A stretch of 59,957 nt of DNA. Source: a virus (taxonomy: Duplodnaviria; Caudoviricetes). The position numbers and the translations under genes are program-made. Location: positions 1 through 59,957 of IMG/VR virus record IMGVR_UViG_3300017774_002371; one strand, given 5' to 3'. How positions within the stretch are numbered: position 1 is the first letter of the stretch; each line of letters starts with the position of its first letter. Below are positions 16,830 to 26,421 of this stretch, one piece after another. A model generated the notes under the pieces. The model saw only the letters and a program-made list of their open reading frames with translations, was not told the origin of the DNA and ran no database searches.

Positions 16830-18646
16830 TGGCTAACACGAACAGTTTCAACATTGTGGGTCTTGACTTTGATGACGCAAAATCGTCATTGAAGGCGTTC
16901 TTGCAGTCGCAGGAAACGCTGAAAGACTACAACTTTGACGGGTCGGTGCTGTCTACGGTGCTTGATGTGCTGGCGTACAACACCCACTATCAGGCGTTCT
17001 ACGCAAACATGGTGGCAAACGAGATGTTCCTTGACAGCGCGGCTCTTCGTCCATCCGTTGTCTCTCATGCAAAGACTCTTGGATATGTTCCGACATCGCG
17101 CCGATCAGCAAAAGCCGTGCTTGGCATCTCTGCCGCTGGCGCATCGGAAAGCACCTATCTTGCGCGTGGATCCGAGTTCGTGGGAACGGATCTTGCAGGA
17201 ACACAGTACCGATTCGTGCTGCTTGACACCGTTTACGCAAACTCCGAAACGCAGCAGTTTGAGGATGTAGAGGTCTACGAGGGAACCCTGCGCCGCATGA
17301 GTTATGTGTATGACCCAACGAAGAAGCCGTCTTCCGTGCTGCTCATACCGAACGACAAGATTGACACTAGCACCATCAAGGTGCGCGTGAAGGCTTCGGC
17401 AAACGACAACACAGGCATAGAGGACACATGGACATATTCGGAATCGTATATTGACCTGACACCCACTTCAAAGGTGTTCTTCCTTCAGGAGAAGGAGTCG
17501 GGGATGTATGAACTGTTCTTTGGTGACGATTTCCTCGGTCAGCAGCCAGATGCAGGAAACATCGTGATCGTGGAGTATCTTGAAACAAACGGTGATGAAG
17601 GCAACGGCATTGAATCGTTCACATCCAATATTGCTGGTCTTGGAAACATCGGCGTGGTCAGCGCATCCTCTGGCGGTGCATTGGAAGAGAGTGTTTCTAA
17701 GATCAAATTCCTTGCTCCTCGCTTCTACCAATCGCAGAATCGTGCGGTAACAGAGGATGATTATACCTCTGCGGTGATCAAGGACTATCCTGCTGCCGAT
17801 TCCGTGTATGTGTATGGGGGTGAAACGGTAACGCCTCCACAGTACGGCAAGGTGTTTGTTGCCGTGAAGCCGCGCACGGGAACCGCACTCACCACGGAAG
17901 AGAAGCGCAGTCTTGCAAAAACGCTGAAGGAAAACCGCTCGGTGGTCACGGTCACTCCCGAAATCGTGGATCCCGACTACATTGACTTGGTAGTTGATTC
18001 GCTTGTCACATACGATCCCACCCGCACCTCGTTGGGAATCGGAACGCTGAAGGCTCTCATGGTGGCGTACATCTTCACATATTCTGCCACCACACTTGAG
18101 CGATTCGGTTCAAACTTCTACCTGTCCAAACTCACGGAAGGACTGAACCGCCTTGACTCGTCCATCTTGAGCAATGACACGAAGATCAAGATCCGCAAGA
18201 CAGTGAACTTGAGCAAACTGGTGCTGTCAAAGGGATTCACCGTGGATTTCAGAAATCCGCTGTATCATCCCCACAGCGGTCACTCTACGATTGTGTCGTC
18301 TTCCACATTCTCCCATGTAGACACCGATGGGATCGTCATCAGCGATGTTTTCGTGAATGATGACGGCAATGGAATACTGAATCTCGTTGCAAAGAACAGC
18401 GGCGGCACGATCTACACCGTGTATCCGCGCATTGGAACCGTGGACTACGACAACGGAAAGATCGCATTCAACTCGGCGTTCGCTCCCGTAAGCACATCGG
18501 TGCTGTTCACGATCACCGTAGAGCCACGCAACGAGGACATCTTCGTGTTTGAGAACAAGATCGTGCGGATCAACAGAGGCTACTCTGATTCCGTGAAGTT
18601 GAGCGTTCAGTCGCAAACGAACCGCAAGCAGAACCTGAAAGCGTAA
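16829..18646 (+). CDS. gp6: Baseplate wedge subunit
   Basis: LDFDDAK..LK.FL..Q...DYNFDGS.LS..LDVLAYNTHY...ANM..NEMFLDSA..R.SVVSHAK.LGY.P, QNRAVTEDDY and PPQYGKVF. Confidence 0.96.
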   Translation: MANTNSFNIVGLDFDDAKSSLKAFLQSQETLKDYNFDGSVLSTVLDVLAYNTHYQAFYANMVANEMFLDSAALRPSVVSHAKTLGYVPTSRRSAKAVLGISAAGASESTYLARGSEFVGTDLAGTQYRFVLLDTVYANSETQQFEDVEVYEGTLRRMSYVYDPTKKPSSVLLIPNDKIDTSTIKVRVKASANDNTGIEDTWTYSESYIDLTPTSKVFFLQEKESGMYELFFGDDFLGQQPDAGNIVIVEYLETNGDEGNGIESFTSNIAGLGNIGVVSASSGGALEESVSKIKFLAPRFYQSQNRAVTEDDYTSAVIKDYPAADSVYVYGGETVTPPQYGKVFVAVKPRTGTALTTEEKRSLAKTLKENRSVVTVTPEIVDPDYIDLVVDSLVTYDPTRTSLGIGTLKALMVAYIFTYSATTLERFGSNFYLSKLTEGLNRLDSSILSNDTKIKIRKTVNLSKLVLSKGFTVDFRNPLYHPHSGHSTIVSSSTFSHVDTDGIVISDVFVNDDGNGILNLVAKNSGGTIYTVYPRIGTVDYDNGKIAFNSAFAPVSTSVLFTITVEPRNEDIFVFENKIVRINRGYSDSVKLSVQSQTNRKQNLKA

Positions 18647-18649
18647 TAG

Positions 18650-21600
18650 ATGGATCCCAAGAACATAATCCTCAATACCGAAGCCGAGGCACTGGAAGAC
18701 ATACTGTCTCCGTTTATCGAAGAGCAGTTTCCGTCTTTCATTCGCACGGACTATCGGAAACTTGTCCTGTTCATCAAGGCATACTACGAGTGGCTTGATC
18801 AAAAGGACAACGCGGGATATGTGCTTGGCAAGTTGGACACGATCTACGATTCAGACCGCAGCCTTGACGAGTTCTACTCGCACTTCAAGAACACCTATCT
18901 GCTCACCTTCCCCGAAGTGCTTGCCACCAATCCAAGCGGAAACAAGCCGAACAAGAACACCCTTCTGAAGAAGATCCGTGACTTCTACGGAAACAAGGGA
19001 ACGGAGAGCGCGTACAAGTTCCTGTTCCGCATACTGTACGACAGCGACCTTGAGATTTACTATCCAAAGGAAGACATCCTGAAGGTTTCGGACGGACAGT
19101 GGGTGGAACCAAAATCCGTCAAGACCACTTCTTCCAACGGATCGGCACTTTTCGGCGGCAACAACGGACAACTCAATCAGTATTCTGGAACGCAACTCGT
19201 TGCCAGTGCTTTCATTGAGAGCGTTGTGCAGTACTCGTTCAACGGATTGCCTGTCACCGAGTTCTTCATTTCCGACATCAACGGCACCTTCCTGCCTGGT
19301 CAGGAAGTGTATATTGCGAACGGTGACGAGGAGTGGAAGGAAGTTGCGTACTCCGTGCTTGGAGATTTCTTTGTTGAGAATGCTGGTGAGGGATACCGCA
19401 TAGGAGACACCGCGACCGTCATTGATGCAAGCGGCGTGGGCTTCTCTGCAAAGATTGACCAAGTGAGTTTTGCGGGTGGTGTCAAGAAGATCGGCATTGC
19501 AAACTCGGGAATCAACTACTCTGGCGACCTTGTGCTGAACATCTTTAGCGAGAGCGGAGCGCAATCTGCTCGGGTGCTTGCGGTTCGCAGTGCTGTCACA
19601 AACTATCCTGGATACTTTGCAGGAAATCGCGGCAAGATTTCTTCTAACAAGAAGATACAGGACGGACATTACTACCAAGACTTCTCGTATGTGCTGAAGG
19701 GCGAAGTCTCGTTTGAGATATATTTTGACCTGCTGAAGAGCATCATTCACCCTGCTGGCATGAGGATGTTTGGATCGGTGCTGTTCAAGAGCGAGTTGAA
19801 CAATGTTCTGACCTCTTCTGCCCAAGCCATATATTACGAAGTTCCCGTGATTGGGCGGTACACGCCGTACACCACTGGCACGACCATTGACCTGCGAAAC
19901 AACGGCGTGACCGCAAGCGGTTACTGGTTGGGCGCAACAGGCGACCTGTATCCGCTTGGATACAACCCGTACATCGGCAGCACCACACAGGTTGGACCAA
20001 ACGGCACCACCACCGCGCTCGGCACTGTGTTCGTGGGATCATCCTTGGGCTACACTTGGTGTTATGTTCCCGAAGGCGGCAGAACTTCACATAATCCCAT
20101 CGGCGCACCGCTCGGCAGCACCGCTTCTTGGCGGCTTGGTCACGAACGCGGACCAGAACCCAACACTATTTCTGGTCTCGTCTTGTGGTTGAAGCCCGAG
20201 AACATCGGTGTGTGCGGTGCTGTGGCAAACGGTGCGAGTGCCGATGTGTGGCGAGACGCCTCCCCGTCAAGAAATGACGCGATGCCACCGACATGGGATC
20301 GGTGGAACGGTGTGGCGCACATCACACACACCGCAAACACCACTACTGTTTGGACGCGACAGGTATACGACAACACAAATCCTGTTACTAAAATAGCCTT
20401 TGTCTTTAATGGTTTGTGTGGAGGATTCACGCAGGGAAGGCTTTGTATGGTTGGACTGAATCCCGCTTCGGATGTAGCCAATGCATCGTATATTCCTGGA
20501 AATTGGGTGTATTCAAGAGGTCCATTTTCAACTCAACCTACTGCTCCGAGAAGAATTTTTTATATAAACTATGATGCAAGCGGAAACAACGATTCGGTTA
20601 GTGAAATTTCTCCCACACTAGATGGATACGACAATTCCGTGTTTGAGATAGAGTATGTTGAACCAAACCTGATTTGGAGAAAAGATGGTGTTGTAAAGCG
20701 CGAAAGGTTTGTTGGATATGGACAGACATTTTACATGGATTCCAGTTTTTATCTGGAGACAGCAGACGCAAGTAGAACAGGTCACTCTGTAACCATCACA
20801 GAACTTTCGTACAACGGAAATCCTGTAACCCCCACATTTAATGTATCTTCAGGTATAGATGTGAGAACTTATAGAGGAGTCACCGTTGACAAACTGCGTC
20901 CCACCCTGCAAACAGCAGGATTCGGTGGTGCAACAGGCATTTCGTTCAACGGTGGAATCGTGTTTGCTCCTGCTTCCGTGTACGCGGGTGCGACCCTCGG
21001 TGGCGTGGTTGGACTCGGATACACCACAGGCACTGGCAGCAGTGCTGCTGCAATGCTCACGGGACAGCACCTATACCTCAAGCGTCCACTGAAGATCACC
21101 AATGATGCAGACATTTTCGTGGTATACAAATCCACCCGTGACGGCTTGAGTTTTGGATATGGGCTGCTTGGATCACGCAACACGAACTGTGATCTTTCGG
21201 CTAATCCATCTGTGCGGTTTGACTCGGTGCTGTTCAGTAGGTCTTACAACGAACAGGACAGAACAGCCGCACAGCAGACGAGTGCGTACTACAGCATTCT
21301 TCCCAATGGCACGGTGATGTATCCTGGCGCATCTCTACCGCCAGCAGGAGTGTTTGGGTTCCGTCCATACGGCGATCAGACAGGAGTGCTTCAGAACACC
21401 ATTGTGTACGATCCCCATGTGTCGGGAGCGTGCTTGGGCATCTGTGTCGGAGAAGCCGTTCGTGACTCTGAAAACAAGATTGATGTGTTCCTCAACGGCG
21501 ATCAGGGACTGAACAAGTCGCGCTCTACTGGACGCAGGGTTGCTTCTGTGTCTCCTCCAAACACGGAAGACTATTTGATTTCCAAGAATCTGATATATTC

Positions 21601-23488
21601 GTTTGATGCGGGTAGGACTGCTTGTGTGAGTGAGTATCTTTCTGGATTTAGCGCAGACTTGCTGCGCGACCAGAGTTTTGTTCCTACTCCTATAAATGTG
21701 TTGAAGCCTGTAGATCCTGTGTCGTTGCGTGGAGATCCTAGCAGTGATCTGTCAGCGGTTCGTGTTACTCAGCAAGCGGGTACACCCGCTTTGGGAACGG
21801 ATGAAGTTTATAAAATCACTTTGGCATCCAACGCAAACTTTTATATCGACAATAGAAACAATAATGTTGCTTGGCGGGACACTCGCACTGCAATTGCATG
21901 GACTTTTAGTGTTTGTGTTCGTAAAGTAGACGGAACCCCTCTTCCTTCTAACACAGGAGCGTACATATATGGTCTTGGCACAAACGATCTAGTCCAGGCG
22001 ACAATTCAAGACATTGGTGACGGATGGTATCGAGTGAGCAGAACCAAGGTAGGTCCATCTACCGCTGGTTCTGATACTGTTGTAACTCTATGTGGTTTGA
22101 GTTTTTTCCCGTCATTGCCAGCAGGAACAGAACTGTATGTGGGCAGATTTCAACTCCTTCCTTACAATCAGGCAGACATTGACGGTCGCGCTTCTCGTAC
22201 AACGAGCAGTTATCCTTCGTGGGCTACTCTCTACGGAAGCCCCATGAATAACTCTATACAGCGGTATTCTGATCCTTGGGGAAACATGGAGACTGTTTGG
22301 CGAGCAGAAAATCACTCTACAATAGACACGAATGCATCGTTCAATCCAAACGGTGGATTCATTAGTGGCGCAGTGCCAATCGTTGGAACAAAGAAATACC
22401 GATATTCGGTTTGGGTGAGTAGAAAAGTGCTTGGCACTGGAACTTTTTACTTTGGAGCAGCAAACGCATCTTATACCAGCAAGTTTAACGGTACAGCACA
22501 GACTAATGCATATTTCACTGCAAATAGTTCTGGATCCTCTGCGTTTACTGGGAAACAAGACACATGGATTCTTGTTGTTGGTCATGTGCATCCTTTTGGA
22601 ACTGCTACAGGAGGAAACGATCCGTATAGTGGATTCTATGTAAGAAGCGGAAACGGACTCACCTACGATCCGCTTTCTGCTGGTGCGGGTGGTGTCTATA
22701 ATGATTTGATATGGGGATCTGCTGCGACGAGTACATCCAGATTACGAGTACTGCACTACGGAGACACGGTTCCTGGTGCGGAAACTCTGTTCTTCCGTCC
22801 GCGAATTGATATTGTAGACGGAACCGAACCAAGCATTGAAGAGTTGCTTAACAACGGTGTTGGAACTGTTTACGACACTAGCCCATCTGGCGCAATCAGT
22901 TCTGTGTTGGGTCGTCCTGCCACAGGAACCAATTCGATTGTGTTTGATGGGAAAAGCACCATCATCACCACAAACTCCGATGTCATTCCGACGAACAGGG
23001 AGAAAATGACATGGGAAGCGTGGGTCAAGCCATCAACTCCAACAGATGGCGAACTTAGAATGTTTGCTGGTTCGGGAGGGCTTCCGTATTATGGCGCATA
23101 CACACTTTCTAACGCATACTTTTGGAGCATGAGTATTGGTGGTGGTCAGAAGGCTGTTCAGTGGAATGCTCCATACAACATTACCTCCCGATGGACGCAC
23201 TTGGTTTTCATTTCTGAGTATTCTGCCGCCACAAACACAACTCGTTTGCAGATGTATGCGAACGGTTCTCTGGTAAGGGAAGCAGCATTTGCTGGAGCAG
23301 AAGAGTATGATAAAAGAACTGTTTCGGTGGGTGATCGTCAGATAGGAACCCAAGGATTCTATATCCGAACTGGAATTGATTACAGATGGTTGGGAGATGT
23401 GTCAATGGTTCGTGTCTATTCTCGGGTGATGACACCCCAAGAAATTTTGCAGAACTTCAACAGCACACGCGCACGGTTCGGAGTGTAA
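18650..23488 (+). CDS. gp7: Baseplate wedge initiator (gp7-like) fused to nested LamG-like and other sugar-binding-type modules
   Basis: N-terminal QFPSFIR...FIKAYYEWL, KIRDFYGNKGTESAYKFLFRILY, IQDGHYYQDFSYVLK and HPAGMRMFG. C-terminal LamG signature TWEAWVKP...WTHLV...MYANG...VRVYSRVMT..EILQNFN..RARFGV. The gene lies between gp6 and gp8. Confidence 0.85.
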   Translation: MDPKNIILNTEAEALEDILSPFIEEQFPSFIRTDYRKLVLFIKAYYEWLDQKDNAGYVLGKLDTIYDSDRSLDEFYSHFKNTYLLTFPEVLATNPSGNKPNKNTLLKKIRDFYGNKGTESAYKFLFRILYDSDLEIYYPKEDILKVSDGQWVEPKSVKTTSSNGSALFGGNNGQLNQYSGTQLVASAFIESVVQYSFNGLPVTEFFISDINGTFLPGQEVYIANGDEEWKEVAYSVLGDFFVENAGEGYRIGDTATVIDASGVGFSAKIDQVSFAGGVKKIGIANSGINYSGDLVLNIFSESGAQSARVLAVRSAVTNYPGYFAGNRGKISSNKKIQDGHYYQDFSYVLKGEVSFEIYFDLLKSIIHPAGMRMFGSVLFKSELNNVLTSSAQAIYYEVPVIGRYTPYTTGTTIDLRNNGVTASGYWLGATGDLYPLGYNPYIGSTTQVGPNGTTTALGTVFVGSSLGYTWCYVPEGGRTSHNPIGAPLGSTASWRLGHERGPEPNTISGLVLWLKPENIGVCGAVANGASADVWRDASPSRNDAMPPTWDRWNGVAHITHTANTTTVWTRQVYDNTNPVTKIAFVFNGLCGGFTQGRLCMVGLNPASDVANASYIPGNWVYSRGPFSTQPTAPRRIFYINYDASGNNDSVSEISPTLDGYDNSVFEIEYVEPNLIWRKDGVVKRERFVGYGQTFYMDSSFYLETADASRTGHSVTITELSYNGNPVTPTFNVSSGIDVRTYRGVTVDKLRPTLQTAGFGGATGISFNGGIVFAPASVYAGATLGGVVGLGYTTGTGSSAAAMLTGQHLYLKRPLKITNDADIFVVYKSTRDGLSFGYGLLGSRNTNCDLSANPSVRFDSVLFSRSYNEQDRTAAQQTSAYYSILPNGTVMYPGASLPPAGVFGFRPYGDQTGVLQNTIVYDPHVSGACLGICVGEAVRDSENKIDVFLNGDQGLNKSRSTGRRVASVSPPNTEDYLISKNLIYSFDAGRTACVSEYLSGFSADLLRDQSFVPTPINVLKPVDPVSLRGDPSSDLSAVRVTQQAGTPALGTDEVYKITLASNANFYIDNRNNNVAWRDTRTAIAWTFSVCVRKVDGTPLPSNTGAYIYGLGTNDLVQATIQDIGDGWYRVSRTKVGPSTAGSDTVVTLCGLSFFPSLPAGTELYVGRFQLLPYNQADIDGRASRTTSSYPSWATLYGSPMNNSIQRYSDPWGNMETVWRAENHSTIDTNASFNPNGGFISGAVPIVGTKKYRYSVWVSRKVLGTGTFYFGAANASYTSKFNGTAQTNAYFTANSSGSSAFTGKQDTWILVVGHVHPFGTATGGNDPYSGFYVRSGNGLTYDPLSAGAGGVYNDLIWGSAATSTSRLRVLHYGDTVPGAETLFFRPRIDIVDGTEPSIEELLNNGVGTVYDTSPSGAISSVLGRPATGTNSIVFDGKSTIITTNSDVIPTNREKMTWEAWVKPSTPTDGELRMFAGSGGLPYYGAYTLSNAYFWSMSIGGGQKAVQWNAPYNITSRWTHLVFISEYSAATNTTRLQMYANGSLVREAAFAGAEEYDKRTVSVGDRQIGTQGFYIRTGIDYRWLGDVSMVRVYSRVMTPQEILQNFNSTRARFGV

Positions 23489-23500
23489 GGGAGCAATCAT

Positions 23501-24034
23501 ATGCCAGACGGAGACTTGTTTCTTCCACAATTAGAAAATGGATTTGCCGCAGGTCCAAATCAATATAATGCTGCGGACATCATCATTGGTCGCATTGGTG
23601 CAAACATCAGTGCTGGTGCCACTGGTAGTGGTGTGGTTGGTTCACAGGCTTGGATCAATTCCGTTGTTGCAAACACTCCATCGTACTCGTTTGCTGGTGT
23701 GATTAACGAAATCATAGCCTTTGACCGCAAACTCACGGAAGTGGAGCGGCAGCAGGTGTATCAGTACCTGTCGCACAAGTACAACCTGTCGCAAACCCTG
23801 CCCGATTCGTTTGCCAAATCGCACAACAGTGCGTACACGGCAGGACTCACCTATTGGGATATTGAACACCACCCCAACACGCAGGGTCTGTCCACCATCC
23901 CTGCGGGCATCTGCTTTGGCGGAATCACCTTGCAGGAGTTCTTCACATTCCCTGACTCGCTGTACAAGTCTGCGGGAACCGTGCTTGCCGATGGAACGGT
24001 ATTGGGTGGCGATACATATAGTAACATCGGATAA
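23501..24034 (+). CDS. Protein resembling the C-terminal half of a LamG-like domain
   Basis: GGGAG SD. IIIGRIG...SFAGVINEIIAFDRKLTEVERQQVYQYLSHKYNL is a typical LamG-like C-terminal signature. Confidence 0.7.
   Translation: MPDGDLFLPQLENGFAAGPNQYNAADIIIGRIGANISAGATGSGVVGSQAWINSVVANTPSYSFAGVINEIIAFDRKLTEVERQQVYQYLSHKYNLSQTLPDSFAKSHNSAYTAGLTYWDIEHHPNTQGLSTIPAGICFGGITLQEFFTFPDSLYKSAGTVLADGTVLGGDTYSNIG
24013..24018 (+). promoter_or_regulatory. Candidate late promoter variant TACATA upstream of gp8
   Basis: 27 nt upstream of the gp8 ATG. Confidence 0.4.
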
Positions 24035-24045
24035 GGGGAATACAA

Positions 24046-26412
24046 ATGGCGAGTTACCTGAAGGCATCCATAGAACGGTCATACGCGGAGAGTTTCCTTT
24101 CGGAACTTGAGCGCAACGAGAATCAGTACTTCTTTTTCGTTGCAAAGGGAACAACATGGGCAAACGAGAACAGCCCTTCTGCGTATTCCGACACCGTTGC
24201 CGCAGAATATCAGGTGATGAACGAGATCGTGGGCTACAAGAAACTGAATCCGCAGAACATACTGTTTGCCCTGCCCCGCTACGAGTGGACAAGCGGAACG
24301 GTGTACGATCAGTACGATGATGCGGTAGACCTGTTTGACGACACTGATCCCGCCATATTCTATGTGGTCACGGACGCAAACCATGTTTACAAGTGCCTCG
24401 GAAACAACGGTGGGAGCCAAAACGGATCAACCGTCAAGCCAAGCCAAGTCACCACAGAGCCGTTCACGCTTTCTGATGGCTACACATGGAAGTACCTTGC
24501 CACCATCAAGGAAGGCGACCTTCCATATGAACTCACGGATTACATTCCCATTGATGTTGCGTCCCTGAGCAGTGACAACGAAACGCAGAATCAGTACAAC
24601 GCACAGATTGAGGCAATCAACGGAGAGATCACCCGCATTGATGTGGACAACACCGCCACGCCAGGTGAGTATCCGTATGCATTCAACTCGGTTATTGCTG
24701 GTGGCAATACTCCATATCCAATTGAAGTCGCCGCTTTTGAGGAAATCACCTCCACCACCAAGAGGGTGCGAGTCACGGATCCGACTTCTCGGGACAGAAT
24801 CAACCTTCTCACGAACAGCACGCCAGCCAATCTTGTTGGCTATGTGATGCGCGTCAGCGCAAGCCAAGCCAATCCAGCAGAAATCAACAACTATGGTGTG
24901 ATCACCGCAGTTACATCAAGCACGAACGAATATGTGTTTACGGTGGAAAATGATGCAGTTGATTTCGTCGTGACACCCACCACAACTACGCTCCGCGCGG
25001 CAGTGGACTTCTTGCCGTACATCAAGATCGTTGGTGACGGCAGCGGGGCGTTTGCGTTCCCCACGATGAACACGGACAAGCAGATCACCTCCGTTGACAT
25101 ACAGATCAACGGCAACGGCGGCAGAAACTACAGCAAGGTTCTGGTGGAAGTCACGAGCGAGGTTTCTGCGGGAACCGATCACCCCACCCTGACGGCTGTG
25201 CTGTCTCCGAAGGGCGGTCACGGCAGCAATATTCTGAAAGAACTGAATGTAAAGGACATCATCATTATTGTTGATATCGGTGAGGAAGACGCGGAAAAGT
25301 TCATCACGGGCGGCTCGTACCGTCAGTTCGGAATAATAAAGAACCCTCGTCTGCTCGGTGGCACCGCACTGCTTGCTGGACAGGATGAACCGTACTACCG
25401 CGACATCACGCTGTACCGCGAGGACGCTATCCCCGATGCCTCTCACTTTGACGGTTCGGCGGACAACTACATCATCGGAACTGACTCCTTTGCCCTTGCA
25501 AAGGTTGACAGCATCAAGTCCGCTCCCAGTTCGCAGACGAATCGCGTCACCCTAAAAACCCTGAACTCGTCTGGACGATTTGTGACTCGTCTTGACCGCA
25601 TTCGTGATTACACGCTCACGGTGAATACCTCTCCCGATTTCTTTGTGGGAGAAACTGTGACGCAGACTGTTCCCGCAGGATCGCTCATAACCACACCGAG
25701 TGGAAGCGGCATCAGTTACGGATACGACATAAGCGTGTCTGCCACAGTGCTGAATCAGTCTTCTACTCAACTGGGTGTTCGCCTAATCACAGATGGAAAT
25801 TTTGTAAACGGATACGATATTTACGGACAGTCCTCACAGGTTACTGGAGATGTGTCCGCTGTAGCCGCCACGAACGGCGAATATGTACTTGTAACAAAAA
25901 CCAGTGGTGTAAAATCAGAAATAGTTGAAAACACAAACGAGGTTCAGCGACTCTATAAAGTCATTGAGACAGGTCAGTCGTATTTTGATCTGAACAATAC
26001 TCCTGCATATAGCGGACTCCATATACTTGAACTCGCATCAAGTGTAAGTTCACAAACAGGATTCGTTGATATCACGACTTCTCCGCTCACGCAGAACTCG
26101 TTCTCCAACGGCGACACCGTGCATCAGGGTGTCACTGGCGAGTTTGGGCATTACGCAAGGGGAACCGTGTATCGGTGGGATTTTGTAAATGCTGCATACG
26201 GTGTTCTCTATCTCACGAATGTCACTGGACGGTTCCGCGATGTTGAGACTTATGGCATTACGGGAACTGCACTTGAAGCATATGTTGTCAGTAAGTACAC
26301 CCTGCCAGAAATAGATCCAACATCAGGGGAAATACTATACATAAACAATGTCCGAGCAGTCACACGCGGAACAGGTCAAACCGAAGAGTTTAGGCTCCGT
26401 CTAGGATTCTAA
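24046..26412 (+). CDS. gp8: Baseplate wedge subunit, extended
   Basis: PRYEWTSGTVYDQY, FYVVT...VYKCL.N, DGYTWKYL, SPKGGHG, YRQFGIIKNP and C-terminal SGEILYINN...R...QTEEFRL. Confidence 0.9.
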   Translation: MASYLKASIERSYAESFLSELERNENQYFFFVAKGTTWANENSPSAYSDTVAAEYQVMNEIVGYKKLNPQNILFALPRYEWTSGTVYDQYDDAVDLFDDTDPAIFYVVTDANHVYKCLGNNGGSQNGSTVKPSQVTTEPFTLSDGYTWKYLATIKEGDLPYELTDYIPIDVASLSSDNETQNQYNAQIEAINGEITRIDVDNTATPGEYPYAFNSVIAGGNTPYPIEVAAFEEITSTTKRVRVTDPTSRDRINLLTNSTPANLVGYVMRVSASQANPAEINNYGVITAVTSSTNEYVFTVENDAVDFVVTPTTTTLRAAVDFLPYIKIVGDGSGAFAFPTMNTDKQITSVDIQINGNGGRNYSKVLVEVTSEVSAGTDHPTLTAVLSPKGGHGSNILKELNVKDIIIIVDIGEEDAEKFITGGSYRQFGIIKNPRLLGGTALLAGQDEPYYRDITLYREDAIPDASHFDGSADNYIIGTDSFALAKVDSIKSAPSSQTNRVTLKTLNSSGRFVTRLDRIRDYTLTVNTSPDFFVGETVTQTVPAGSLITTPSGSGISYGYDISVSATVLNQSSTQLGVRLITDGNFVNGYDIYGQSSQVTGDVSAVAATNGEYVLVTKTSGVKSEIVENTNEVQRLYKVIETGQSYFDLNNTPAYSGLHILELASSVSSQTGFVDITTSPLTQNSFSNGDTVHQGVTGEFGHYARGTVYRWDFVNAAYGVLYLTNVTGRFRDVETYGITGTALEAYVVSKYTLPEIDPTSGEILYINNVRAVTRGTGQTEEFRLRLGF

Positions 26413-26421
26413 GAGGAACAC

